Positions 19,269 to 28,747 of a stretch of 64,000 bases of DNA are shown piece by piece. Source of the stretch: a virus. Location of the stretch: IMG/VR virus record IMGVR_UViG_3300029217_000180; one strand, given 5' to 3'. The notes beneath the pieces are model-generated. The model was not told the origin of the DNA. It ran no database searches and saw only the letters and a program-made list of their open reading frames with translations. How positions within the stretch are numbered: the first letter of the stretch is position 1; the number at the start of each line of letters is the position of its first letter. A program made the position numbers and the translations under genes.

Positions 19269-19430
19269 ATTGTAAAGCGTATTCTTTACAAAGTCAAGCG
19301 GAAAATTTACAAATTATTGCGGTTTGTGAAATGTGTATAGCCGACTAAACAAAACAAGGGCGGTTTGTTGTGTAAATTGTACACTTTACAAAGTGCAAGA
19401 AAAACCCGGCGCAGTGTTTACCATGTAAAC
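19269..19430. promoter_or_regulatory. cluster of palindromic operator-like sites with TTTAC/GTAAA cores
   Basis: TTGTAAAG-n8-CTTTACAA (19269-19292), GTGTAaattgTACAC (19367-19381), CACTTTacAAAGTG (19383-19396), GTTTACcatGTAAAC (19416-19430) immediately upstream of rightward promoter. Confidence 0.45.
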
Positions 19431-19437
19431 GGCAGAC

Positions 19438-19466
19438 TTGACAGGCGGCGCAGATTCCTATATATT
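19438..19466 (+). promoter_or_regulatory. sigma-70 promoter TTGACA-17-TATATT for rightward (Cro-like) operon
   Basis: consensus -35 and near-consensus -10 with 17-bp spacer, followed by GAAAGGAGGG RBS. Confidence 0.6.
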
Positions 19467-19522
19467 AAAGGGGTACAGAGAGAAAGGAGGGCGGAGCCGG
19501 TGCGGTTGAGTTTTGGCGAAAA

Positions 19523-19733
19523 AATGCGCGTTATGATGAAACGGCGCGGGGTATCGGTGCAAGAGGTGGCGGATCGTCTGGGCGTGTCCCGGCAGAACGT
19601 AAACCAGAGACTAAACGCCGATAAATTCACGCTTGACGATATGGAGAAATACGCCGCCGCCATTGGTTGCGGTATAGAGATAGAAATAACAGAGCCGCCG
19701 GAGGGCGGAGCAGATCCACATATAAATAAATAA
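19523..19733 (+). CDS. XRE/Cro-like helix-turn-helix transcriptional regulator
   Basis: VSVQEVADRLGVSRQNVNQRL HTH; first gene of rightward operon. Confidence 0.6.
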
Positions 19734-19864
19734 GGATAGCCGAAAAAGTAGAACGTAGGGCACAGAGAGAAGCACAAGAAAGCTTTTCCCGGTGTCCTTT
19801 TTATTTTGCCCATGTGAGAACGTAGGACCGCCACAGAGGGCACAGAGGAAAGGAGGGCGCAGAG

Positions 19865-20503
19865 ATGGCAACAGAGAAGAAAGAAACGGCACAGAGAGAC
19901 GCGCAAGGCGTGAGAAAGCAGAGCTATAAACGTTTTAAGGAGGGGCGCGACTACGAACCCACGGACGCAGAAACAACGGCGGCTTTGTGTGATGCCTTTT
20001 TAACTGGATTCTTACAGACAGAGGAAACGCCGGAGGGCGGAGAGGTACAGAACAAAGGGGGACGGCCTAGGAAGTTGGAAACGGTAGAAGAATTTACAGA
20101 GGTAGCTGAAAAGTACATTTTATATATTAAGGATAGAGCGGCGGAGGGTGTGCGCTTGGTGCCTGATGTAGAGGGATTTTGTAGTTTTGCCGGTATTTCT
20201 AGGGAAACGCTTAATAATTGGGAAACAGCCCGCCCGGGTGCGTATTCTGACACAATAAAAAGATTGAAAACAAGTATAGCAGCATTTAAGAAACAGCTCG
20301 CCTTTGCTGGCAAGATCCCGCCGATCGTATTTGCTACGGATATGAACAACAACCACGGTTACACGCAGGCGGCGCAAAAGATAGATTTAAACGTAGGCAA
20401 GCAGGCGGCAGAACTGCCAACGGCGGCAGAGATCGCGCAGCGTTTACCGGTGGAAATGAGCGGAAAAGATCCGGCAGACACGGACGGGGATATAAATATA
20501 TAG
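19865..20503 (+). CDS. terminase small subunit-like DNA-binding protein
   Basis: GGRPRK..FCSFAGISRETLNNWE..PPIVFATDMNNNHGY resembles TerS N-terminal HTH and C-terminal NNHGY-type motif. Confidence 0.5.
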   Translation: MATEKKETAQRDAQGVRKQSYKRFKEGRDYEPTDAETTAALCDAFLTGFLQTEETPEGGEVQNKGGRPRKLETVEEFTEVAEKYILYIKDRAAEGVRLVPDVEGFCSFAGISRETLNNWETARPGAYSDTIKRLKTSIAAFKKQLAFAGKIPPIVFATDMNNNHGYTQAAQKIDLNVGKQAAELPTAAEIAQRLPVEMSGKDPADTDGDINI

Positions 20504-20901
20504 AGTTTATGCGGTTTTGCGGTTCGTTTTCTTTTACTTTTACGAACTCCGGCACGTTTCCGGCGGTTCTGGTGTAGCGTTCCGGGGACAGGTCCGGCAG
20601 CTTATACCCTGGGGCGGGGGTGTAGGGCGGAGCGGATTAGGGGCAACTCACCCCTCTGAGTTCCCGAAAAATTAAAAAGCCACAAACCACCCCAATCGTA
20701 AAATGGCAAAAGACCCCAAAAGCGTAAACCACCCAATTTACAATGTAAGTATAAACACGGCATCCGAATAACAAAAGGAAAGTGAGAACTTTACAAAACC
20801 ACAAAATCTAAAAATGGCGGATGCCTACCGGCATAGAAAGAGAGAAATATGGAACAGAACAAAGAAACAGCAACACAGAATAAGCAGAGAGAGGCGGAAG
20901 T

Positions 20902-21204
20902 ATGCAGAGAGAAGAAGCAGACCGCATGGGACAAATGGAAAGAGGACACACTGCGGAAGTTCAACCGAACTGCATGACAGAGGCATACACCGTAGGGATC
21001 TCTGAAACGCATATCAGAAACAATGCAACGGTATTCCGAGTATGGCAGATGATAGAGCGCGGAGAACTTACCAGAGAAGAGGGATTGTACCTCATGGTAA
21101 ATACGCTTGCGGATGAAAACCATCGTCTGAATCAAATGTGTAATGACCTCATAATGAGGATGCCGTCACGTCTGCTCGTAGAAACAATAACAGGCAAAAA
21201 TTAA
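20902..21204 (+). CDS. hypothetical protein
   Basis: ORF in purine-rich region; start uncertain. Confidence 0.3.
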   Translation: MQREEADRMGQMERGHTAEVQPNCMTEAYTVGISETHIRNNATVFRVWQMIERGELTREEGLYLMVNTLADENHRLNQMCNDLIMRMPSRLLVETITGKN

Positions 21205-21244
21205 AAATCGGCGGAGGCTTACGCCTCATAAGAGGTAAAACCGG

Positions 21245-21490
21245 ATGAGCAATGAAAACAGCAATTCCAAAAATTCCCCGGAAAATAAAAAGAGGTCTTG
21301 GCACAAGGAACCGTGGTATAAAAGGTTATTCGACAAGATTTTGGTATCGCATTTTCTTCCGTGCAAGCATGAGTGGGAAGTATTGGAAGTTCTCTGGACG
21401 CTACCTGGTTACAGCGGATTTAAGTACGAGGTATGCAAATGCGGGTGTAAGAAATGCGGAGAAATAAGCATTGAGCAATTATTAGTATGA
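21245..21490 (+). CDS. hypothetical Cys-containing protein
   Basis: 81-aa ORF, CKCGCKKCG. Confidence 0.4.
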   Translation: MSNENSNSKNSPENKKRSWHKEPWYKRLFDKILVSHFLPCKHEWEVLEVLWTLPGYSGFKYEVCKCGCKKCGEISIEQLLV

Positions 21491-21500
21491 GGTGTAGGGC

Positions 21501-21734
21501 ATGGATAGACCGGTAGAAATCACAAGAAGCTATGCAGAGTGCAAATTCTGTAACGATATTGCTGATATGTGCAATGAGATACCAGATTGTACTCACTGTG
21601 AGAATAGAAAAGGAACATGGATAGATACAATCACGAGCCTGCTTGGCACAAAAGCGGTTGTCGTTCTGGAAGATGGCAAAGTGGAGACATATCCACTGGA
21701 TAGACTTAAAGTTATCACAAAGAGGGAGAGATAA
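21501..21734 (+). CDS. hypothetical Cys-containing protein
   Basis: 77-aa ORF. Confidence 0.4.
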   Translation: MDRPVEITRSYAECKFCNDIADMCNEIPDCTHCENRKGTWIDTITSLLGTKAVVVLEDGKVETYPLDRLKVITKRER

Positions 21735-22003
21735 TGAAAATTATTGAAGAAATTGGCGAAGCTGCAATGTTGGAACAGCTTGCCGAGGAAAGTACTGAAC
21801 TGGCAAAGGCGGCTCTCAAAATGGCAAGGATTATCCGCAAAGAGAATCCGACACCGGTTACTGAGAAAGAAGCCATTGCCAATATCCGTGAGGAATATAC
21901 GGATGTCGTGCAGTGCGCCGGAGAACTTTCGCTTACGGTAGATGAGGAACAGATGGCACGAAAACATGAGAGATGGGAGAAAAGAGTGAGGGATAGAGAA
22001 TGA
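21734..22003 (+). CDS. MazG-like nucleotide pyrophosphohydrolase (second copy)
   Basis: EEIGEAAMLEQLAEESTELAKAALKMARI parallels EExxE region of 1491-1805. Confidence 0.45.
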   Translation: MKIIEEIGEAAMLEQLAEESTELAKAALKMARIIRKENPTPVTEKEAIANIREEYTDVVQCAGELSLTVDEEQMARKHERWEKRVRDRE

Positions 22004-22296
22004 TACCATTCAGACATTGCATAAGGGAACCACACGGATCAGCAGTGAAATTTGAGATACTGGCAGCAACAACGAATGAGTTTCAGGTACGTTACCCAGA
22101 TTACGATTACATCAAAATGGGAGCCGGACCGTCAGTGCTGTATAACAGAGAACAATTACTGTGTTTCCTACTGGCGTATGATAAGGCGGAGTGTCTTGGA
22201 TTTATGGAAAAACTGTATCATCACATGGGATGGCCTACTGAAAAGCTGCGTGAGAATCCGGCGTTTGCCGAAGTGATAAAGGAGAAAGAGGCATGA
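22000..22296 (+). CDS. hypothetical protein
   Basis: 98-aa ORF, 4-nt overlap. Confidence 0.4.
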   Translation: MIPFRHCIREPHGSAVKFEILAATTNEFQVRYPDYDYIKMGAGPSVLYNREQLLCFLLAYDKAECLGFMEKLYHHMGWPTEKLRENPAFAEVIKEKEA

Positions 22297-22484
22297 TAGC
22301 ACGTTTCTTACAGAATATTGTCGTAAATGACATTGAGAAGAATATGGAAATGAATATTGATAAGGGCGAAGAACTTTTTGCCATCGACAGAGGAACCCAT
22401 TATGAGCTGAGAAAGGCTGACGGATGGGGAACTATGGCTCCGAAAGAGTGCGAGGGCGAATATTATGAGATCATCAAAGAATAA
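22293..22484 (+). CDS. hypothetical protein
   Basis: 63-aa ORF. Confidence 0.35.
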   Translation: MIARFLQNIVVNDIEKNMEMNIDKGEELFAIDRGTHYELRKADGWGTMAPKECEGEYYEIIKE

Positions 22485-22728
22485 AAATCCGTGTTTTGAT
22501 TGCCTTGCATCAGAAAAAGAAAATGAGGAAGTGTGCAAGACCATACGGGCGATGCTGAATAAAAGCAATAGCGTACAGGTGGAAATGAAAGATCCTGGCA
22601 GCATAGGAACATTAACCATAGGGGATTGCACATATAATGTTTATCTTGGAAACACAACACTGAATAAATTGCGGTGTCTGCCGGATAAGGATGTGTATAA
22701 ACGTGTATTCACACTGATAGAGGAATAG
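22465..22728 (+). CDS. hypothetical protein
   Basis: 87-aa ORF. Confidence 0.35.
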   Translation: MRSSKNKNPCFDCLASEKENEEVCKTIRAMLNKSNSVQVEMKDPGSIGTLTIGDCTYNVYLGNTTLNKLRCLPDKDVYKRVFTLIEE

Positions 22729-22739
22729 GAGGAATATGG

Positions 22740-23066
22740 ATGGAAAATGAGACCAGACCACAGCTCTTTATCATGGATGAATGGCTCGGAGATCCCATAC
22801 CGCTTGCGGAAATTAAGGAAATATCCGAGCCTACACTGGATGAAGAGTATGATATGCCGGATATTGCTCATCTGAGAGATGGATTTGAAATACCTTTTGA
22901 AGTGAAAATGAAGAAATCTGTCATAAACAAGCTGTTTCAACCGTGTTTTGGCAGAGAACCTTACAGAAATCTCGAAAAATGTGCTAAGTGCATACTGAAA
23001 AAGGACTGCGTTGTGGCGAAAATCGAGAACAATTTCAACATGAGATTAAGGGCATACCACCCTTGA
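22740..23066 (+). CDS. hypothetical protein
   Basis: 108-aa ORF, AGGAGGAATATGG RBS. Confidence 0.4.
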   Translation: MENETRPQLFIMDEWLGDPIPLAEIKEISEPTLDEEYDMPDIAHLRDGFEIPFEVKMKKSVINKLFQPCFGREPYRNLEKCAKCILKKDCVVAKIENNFNMRLRAYHP

Positions 23067-23090
23067 TAATAAATCACAAGGAGGACACCA

Positions 23091-24014
23091 ATGGAAGAGA
23101 AAGAAAAGAAACCGTGGAGACCGCCAGAAGCGGCACAGTTACCCGATCCGATAGCGTTTGCCATGCAGGGTTTTGAACGCTTTGGATTACCGAAAGAACG
23201 GCTGATACCACCATTACAAACATTTGACAGAGTGATGCAACACTCGGCATTTACCGAAAACCGATGGTGGGAAAATGCAAGACAGGTAACGGCAACAACA
23301 TCGGCAGAACAGTGGCGGAGAGTGAGCATCGAAAGAGCACGCTGCCTCGGAGAACCATGGCCGGATTTTGATGATATACCGGTTGCGAGTATCGCAGAGG
23401 ATTTTTCACAGAAATGTCAAAATGCCACAATCGGATTATTAAGAGATCAGGTAATAGCATCATGCACTATTCCGGGAGAAACATTGTTTGGAGACATTTT
23501 TAACCAGTTAGGTATTAAGGAGGACAATATGGATAGAAGTTTAGCAGACAAGAAATTTAAGAAAGTAACTATCGAGTGCGAGGACGGCACGACTTACGCT
23601 GGAAAGATCAATCATGTATGTGGTAGCCCGTATCGTTGGGATAAACTTTGTGTAGAAGCAATGGTTGAGGACAAGCCTATTGGAGCATACGGTATCGAGA
23701 AAGTCCTGTTCCAGAATCCGGCAACAATCGTGTTCTGGTCTGACGGAACAAAGACGGTTGTAAACTGCATGGATAATATGGAAATCAAGAAAAAGGTTGT
23801 TGATGGCAAGGAAGTAACCATTCGTAAGCCTAAAAAGGCTGATACCTATTCCGAGGAAGCCGGTCTGGCTATGGCTATCGTGAAGAAATGGGCCGGCAAC
23901 AACGGAAATTACAACAACATTTTCCGTGAGTTCATTCCTGAGATGGCACAGGCTGAGAAAGAGGCAAAGAAAGCCGCAAAGAAAGCTAAAAAGGCGCAGA
24001 AATCGGAGGAATAA
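23091..24014 (+). CDS. hypothetical protein with KA-rich C-terminus
   Basis: 307-aa ORF, AAGGAGGACACC RBS. Confidence 0.5.
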   Translation: MEEKEKKPWRPPEAAQLPDPIAFAMQGFERFGLPKERLIPPLQTFDRVMQHSAFTENRWWENARQVTATTSAEQWRRVSIERARCLGEPWPDFDDIPVASIAEDFSQKCQNATIGLLRDQVIASCTIPGETLFGDIFNQLGIKEDNMDRSLADKKFKKVTIECEDGTTYAGKINHVCGSPYRWDKLCVEAMVEDKPIGAYGIEKVLFQNPATIVFWSDGTKTVVNCMDNMEIKKKVVDGKEVTIRKPKKADTYSEEAGLAMAIVKKWAGNNGNYNNIFREFIPEMAQAEKEAKKAAKKAKKAQKSEE

Positions 24015-24017
24015 TCC

Positions 24018-24263
24018 ATGACACTGAGGGAATTTGCCAAGGGATATGACGGTAACATTATGCTGAAAGCATTTGAGAATGAGAAATCAACAGCTCCGGC
24101 AGCAATTATGATGACTCAGATTACGGATTCTATCAAGGATGAGGTTCTTGACAAAGAAGTATACAGCTACACAATGGTTTGCGCTTCACTGTTTGAACGG
24201 TATCTGAGAGTGAATTTTGAAGCTGTGCCGGAGATCCCAAACGAAACGGAGGGAACTGAATGA
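24018..24263 (+). CDS. hypothetical protein
   Basis: 81-aa ORF. Confidence 0.4.
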   Translation: MTLREFAKGYDGNIMLKAFENEKSTAPAAIMMTQITDSIKDEVLDKEVYSYTMVCASLFERYLRVNFEAVPEIPNETEGTE

Positions 24264-24865
24264 GAAAGATATTTTTTGACACAGAGTTTACCGGTCTGCA
24301 TCAGAACACAACACTCATAAGCATCGGACTGGTTTCTGATGAGGGCGAAAGATTTTATGCGGAGCTGACCGATTACGATGAGACGCAGTGCGATGATTGG
24401 ATTACCAAGAATGTGCTGGATCATCTGCTCCTGAGCGGCAACACGGAGCTGGAAAAGGAACTGGAAGAGGATGAGCTTACGACAAGAGTAATCGGCAACA
24501 GGGACGATGTGAGAACAGAATTGCTTAATTGGCTTGATGGTTTCGGAGATGATATTCAGTTTGTCTCTGATGTGTGCCATTACGATATGGTTTTATTATG
24601 CGAACTGATTTCAGACGGAGCTATGTTGCTGCCGGAGTACATCAATCCGTTTTGCCACGATCTCTGCCAGGACATTTCAATGATTCTGGATATTTCAGAA
24701 AAGGCAGCTTTTGACATTTCGAGAGAACAGCTCCTTACAGACAGAGGAATTGATTTGCCGAAAGGTCAAAAACACAATGCACTCTACGATGCGGAAGTTA
24801 TCAAAGCGATACATGAGGACTTTTTCTCTGTGGGGGGGGTAAAACAGGGAGGTAAGAATGGATAA
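24260..24865 (+). CDS. DEDDh 3'-5' exonuclease (DnaQ-like)
   Basis: FFDTEFTGL (Exo I D-x-E), HNALYDA (Exo III H-x4-D); contains G8 tract 24832-24839 near C-terminus. Confidence 0.7.
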   Translation: MRKIFFDTEFTGLHQNTTLISIGLVSDEGERFYAELTDYDETQCDDWITKNVLDHLLLSGNTELEKELEEDELTTRVIGNRDDVRTELLNWLDGFGDDIQFVSDVCHYDMVLLCELISDGAMLLPEYINPFCHDLCQDISMILDISEKAAFDISREQLLTDRGIDLPKGQKHNALYDAEVIKAIHEDFFSVGGVKQGGKNG

Positions 24866-25475
24866 GGGACAAATCTTAATGGATTACCGCTTGGCGAAGA
24901 ACCATAAGAGACAGATACCCATTCTTGCGGACTTGAATGTGTGCGACACGCAGACAATAGTAGAAATTCTGGAAGAGGGCGGCTACAAGCGTATGTTCAA
25001 TACGAATGGTGTGGATATTTCCGTGAAGAAAACAGAGATTGAGCAAAAGTATTCTTCCGGGGAATCCATAGCCACCCTTGCAATGGCATATCACATTTCA
25101 AAGAAACAGATTAAGGTACTTCTCGGAGTAGAAGAGACGGAGGAAAAAGGAACCATGTCTGAGCAGGAAATGATAAAGAAACTCGGAGAACTTACGAGCG
25201 AGGTTGAAAAACTGAAAGCAAACAAGAAATCTCTGGAAGAAAGAAATGCGCAAGTAGAAAAAGAGAATGATGATCTGAGGAAACAGATTGAACAGCTTGA
25301 AAGTTTCAATGCAGAGTTGGATGCCACAGTCAAGGAACAGACTGAAATGTTGAACGGTGGAAAGTTATATGAGGACTATCAGGAAGTTTGCATTAAGAAC
25401 AGCAAACTCAACGCAACGGTTGATGTTCTGGTAGAGAAAATCAGTATGTTAAAGGCGGTGGGATGTCATGGATAA
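24858..25475 (+). CDS. hypothetical coiled-coil protein
   Basis: 205-aa ORF with long heptad-like Glu/Lys region. Confidence 0.45.
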   Translation: MDKGQILMDYRLAKNHKRQIPILADLNVCDTQTIVEILEEGGYKRMFNTNGVDISVKKTEIEQKYSSGESIATLAMAYHISKKQIKVLLGVEETEEKGTMSEQEMIKKLGELTSEVEKLKANKKSLEERNAQVEKENDDLRKQIEQLESFNAELDATVKEQTEMLNGGKLYEDYQEVCIKNSKLNATVDVLVEKISMLKAVGCHG

Positions 25476-25686
25476 TGGAATGGAACTCAGAGTGAAAGAT
25501 TATTGTGCTTTCTGCCCTGATTTTGAGGCTGACGTTGATAAGGTTGATATTACTGTATTGGCGGATCATACCCAAAGGGCATTAACCACAATCAGATGCG
25601 AACACGCCGAAAAGTGCGAAAGAATATACGGGAGAATACAGGAGGGCAGAACTAATGAAACAACGGTGGTACAAAGTAGTGTTTGA
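25468..25686 (+). CDS. hypothetical protein
   Basis: 72-aa ORF. Confidence 0.35.
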   Translation: MDNGMELRVKDYCAFCPDFEADVDKVDITVLADHTQRALTTIRCEHAEKCERIYGRIQEGRTNETTVVQSSV

Positions 25687-25824
25687 AACCATTGAGAGAA
25701 AACCAATCCGCAGAACTGTTACCGTATGCAGCACGGACAGTGTTCATGCGTCTGCTCTGGTATATCAGCAGTTCGGTAGAAAGAAAATCAAGGTAAAATC
25801 TGCCAAGAAAGTAAAGGAGAGCGA

Positions 25825-26466
25825 ATGATGGATAATTTGAACTTGAAACCGCAGTCCCCGGATGAAGTAAAAACTATGATGTGGACTGGGGAAAATCAGC
25901 GTGAAATGTTCGATCTGCTTACTTGCGGCAAGAAAATTGATGATTATATGACTGCCAGTGGAGAGAACTTTTTCATAGACCATAGCACCGTAAAAGGCGG
26001 GTTGGTGCTTATTGCCAACATAGGAAATCAGTGCGGATGCAAAATACCGGTAAAGATAGGGGATTATGTGTGCGGTCGCAGATATGGAGATAAATGGTGT
26101 TTTTCCGTTGCGGACGGTACGACTTTTGAAAACAACACTTGCGGAACTCTCGAAAAGAGAGAGGGGAAAGAAAAACCGATAGACATATTCAAAAACCAGG
26201 AGCAGTTAGAAGAGTGCCTGAGAGAGTGGCAACACAGATTATTTCTTGATGGGTGGCTAATACTGGCACACGTTAAGGATAAGATTATGAACCCTAACGG
26301 AGAAGAGGTAATTGACGCTGCCGGATATAACACATTCATATTTGAATCCAGTCAGGCAAACATCCAGTTACTCAGCGATGAATCTTACAAAGAGAACAAT
26401 ACACTGTTCAAACACTGCATGGAAAAGGATCTTGTGCATGAACTTTTACATTGCAAGTACGATTGA
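25825..26466 (+). CDS. hypothetical protein
   Basis: 213-aa ORF. Confidence 0.45.
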   Translation: MMDNLNLKPQSPDEVKTMMWTGENQREMFDLLTCGKKIDDYMTASGENFFIDHSTVKGGLVLIANIGNQCGCKIPVKIGDYVCGRRYGDKWCFSVADGTTFENNTCGTLEKREGKEKPIDIFKNQEQLEECLREWQHRLFLDGWLILAHVKDKIMNPNGEEVIDAAGYNTFIFESSQANIQLLSDESYKENNTLFKHCMEKDLVHELLHCKYD

Positions 26467-26588
26467 ATGGGATGTCAGGGTGGAACCTATGAGGGCGTGT
26501 ATCTGGATGCGACCGAACACCAGAAGCTAGAGGAAATGGCAAAGAGTCTTATCATGGCAAAATATGGTGTCGGTTATGATTACTTCAT

Positions 26589-26807
26589 GTGAGGTGCAAT
26601 ATGACAACGGTGGTGGTCTATAAGGCCGATACAAAAGAAGTTCTGGCAGCTATTCCGATGGACGGCGGAGATGCCGTCTGCCGGAATGATGTGGAATTTC
26701 AGATTTACAACGGAACAGAGCCAATATTCACGGAAACTCCCGGAGGAATCGTATTGGCAGAAAACAAATTTATGATAAAGATGGAGGGCAACAACAATGA
26801 AAAATAA
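26589..26807 (+). CDS. hypothetical protein
   Basis: 72-aa ORF with GAGGTG RBS. Confidence 0.35.
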   Translation: MRCNMTTVVVYKADTKEVLAAIPMDGGDAVCRNDVEFQIYNGTEPIFTETPGGIVLAENKFMIKMEGNNNEK

Positions 26808-27348
26808 AGGAACATGGATTATTGTCGGCATTGTAGCCGCATTTGTATTACTGATAGCAGGAATTTTTGTAAGTACCAACAACAGAGCGGTTTCGTTGGA
26901 GGAACAGGTCTTTACGGCTGACTCTGATATTCAGGCACAGGAGAAACGCAGAACGGATCTTATCTACAATCTGGCAGATTGCGTCAAGGAGTACGATAAG
27001 CATGAGGCAGAGACTCTTCTTAATGTCGTAGAAGCAAGAGGAAACAATGGCAGCACCACAGATATTGAGAATGTGACAACTTCCATAGCTGCGGTTGCCG
27101 AAGCATACCCGGAATTAAAATCCAACGAGAATTACAAGGAACTGATGAATGAACTTTCAACAACAGAGAATATGATCCTGCAGTACCGCACTGCCTACAA
27201 TAATGAGGTAAGGGCGTATAAGAAATATGTGCGTAAATTCCCACATAAGCAGATCTTGGGAGTTATGGGATATGAGGTTATCAATTATGACTATCTGGAA
27301 TACAGCGAAGAGGACAGACAGCCGGTAAGCAATCTGTTTGGAGAATAA
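26797..27348 (+). CDS. LemA-family membrane protein
   Basis: N-terminal TM helix then LEEQV..SDIQAQ..RRTDLIYNL..HEAETL pattern typical of LemA. Confidence 0.7.
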   Translation: MKNKGTWIIVGIVAAFVLLIAGIFVSTNNRAVSLEEQVFTADSDIQAQEKRRTDLIYNLADCVKEYDKHEAETLLNVVEARGNNGSTTDIENVTTSIAAVAEAYPELKSNENYKELMNELSTTENMILQYRTAYNNEVRAYKKYVRKFPHKQILGVMGYEVINYDYLEYSEEDRQPVSNLFGE

Positions 27349-27352
27349 GCCT

Positions 27353-28132
27353 ATGAGGAAATGGAGTAAGATAATCTACTCCGGCAACGGTTGGGATATG
27401 ACGGTGCGTGAACTGATGTTTAGCATCGTCATTATCCTTATCATGCTTATGGGTGGATTTTTCATTAGTGAAAAGATAGCTTCACACAATGACGAACAGA
27501 ATCAGGAATACTATCAAGCCATGCAGATTGATGGAAATGCAGAACTGTTTCAGTACGGTATGCGAACTGATGTAGGAAATGCGTTTGTGAAAGGAAATCT
27601 GGTGGCAGTAGATCCTGTTACAGATCCGGGAATAGGTGGAGTACCAGCTGCCTACATAAAGGTTGAGGAACAACACTACAACCGACATACGAGACAGGTG
27701 GCACATACACGGACGGTAAATGGGAAAACGCAGACTTATTACACTACGGAGGTATATTATTCGTGGGATTACTACGATAGTTGGGAAAGCCATAGTCAAA
27801 CGGTGTCATTCCTTGGCGTGGAGTTTCCGTATGGAAAAATCCAGATGCCGGGGTCTTACCTGTATGACACAATTAAGCAATCGTCCCATGTGAGGTATTT
27901 GTACTATGTTATCAACACGGAATACAGCGGAGTTATCTATGCCAATCTCAAAGATAATACCATAGAGGACAGAACACCGTTCATTCAGGCAGATACGATA
28001 GATGAAGCGGTGGACTATATGGTTTCAAACGGAACTGCCGGGCTGGTAATTTTCTGGGTTGTATGGGTAATTCTGATCGGAGCAGCCGTGTTCGGGTTCT
28101 GCTATTTTGATAATAAGTGGTTGGAGGATTAG
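27353..28132 (+). CDS. membrane protein (LemA-associated, TM helices at both ends)
   Basis: hydrophobic segments IVIILIMLMGGFFI and LVIFWVVWVILIGAAVFGF. Confidence 0.5.
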   Translation: MRKWSKIIYSGNGWDMTVRELMFSIVIILIMLMGGFFISEKIASHNDEQNQEYYQAMQIDGNAELFQYGMRTDVGNAFVKGNLVAVDPVTDPGIGGVPAAYIKVEEQHYNRHTRQVAHTRTVNGKTQTYYTTEVYYSWDYYDSWESHSQTVSFLGVEFPYGKIQMPGSYLYDTIKQSSHVRYLYYVINTEYSGVIYANLKDNTIEDRTPFIQADTIDEAVDYMVSNGTAGLVIFWVVWVILIGAAVFGFCYFDNKWLED

Positions 28133-28452
28133 AGATGTATATTGTAGATCAGGACCGTAGCAACGTAGTGAACATCGGCAACGTTAAAAGCATTGCACTC
28201 AGCGGAAAAAGAATTACCGCCGATGATTACACACTTGCGGCTTACGATACAGAACAGAGGGGGAAAGAAGTATTTGAACAGTTACTTGGGAATGCTTTTC
28301 CTCCTGATATGATAGTAGCCAAGAATTGCAACATATCCGAGGATGCCGTAAATGACCTAGCAATGGATCATAGCATTATTATGGTTCGTGGCAACGGACA
28401 GGCGGATGTTACAGCGTATAGCTGCGGAGTTTATTATATGCCGGAGGAATAA
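28117..28452 (+). CDS. hypothetical protein
   Basis: 111-aa ORF. Confidence 0.4.
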   Translation: MVGGLEMYIVDQDRSNVVNIGNVKSIALSGKRITADDYTLAAYDTEQRGKEVFEQLLGNAFPPDMIVAKNCNISEDAVNDLAMDHSIIMVRGNGQADVTAYSCGVYYMPEE

Positions 28453-28456
28453 AAGA

Positions 28457-28747
28457 ATGGTAGATGTTATTTTAGCAATCATTTGGATTGCGATATTGGT
28501 ACTTTACATTGTTGTGGGTTGGAAAGATGCAAAGTCCAACAATGAAGTAAAGAAAGAAATTACACAGATGAATGAGCTGCTGTTGGAACAGAACTCTCAG
28601 CTCAAAGAACAGAATAAGCATCTTAATATGGTTATTCTGAGTGTTTGCAGTAAGAGTGTACGAGATAGAAAAGACCAGGAGGAAAAACGTGAAAAAACAA
28701 CGGAAAGAGACACGCCTGAAAAGGAAACGCCTGAAAGCAGCGTATAA
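28457..28747 (+). CDS. small membrane/coiled-coil protein (starts MVDVILAIIW)
   Basis: TM helix then coiled-coil; internal start preferred. Confidence 0.35.
   Translation: MVDVILAIIWIAILVLYIVVGWKDAKSNNEVKKEITQMNELLLEQNSQLKEQNKHLNMVILSVCSKSVRDRKDQEEKREKTTERDTPEKETPESSV

Noticed and set aside
18966-19340. 124-aa and 68-aa ORFs in the GC-rich intergenic region
   Set aside because: There is no RBS. The region is full of operator palindromes and repeats, so it is more consistent with regulatory DNA.
20814-21135. Overlapping ORFs 20814-21005 (+) and 20791-21135 (-)
   Set aside because: They lie in low-complexity purine-rich / CA-rich sequence. Only the downstream 20902-21204 frame was kept, at low confidence.
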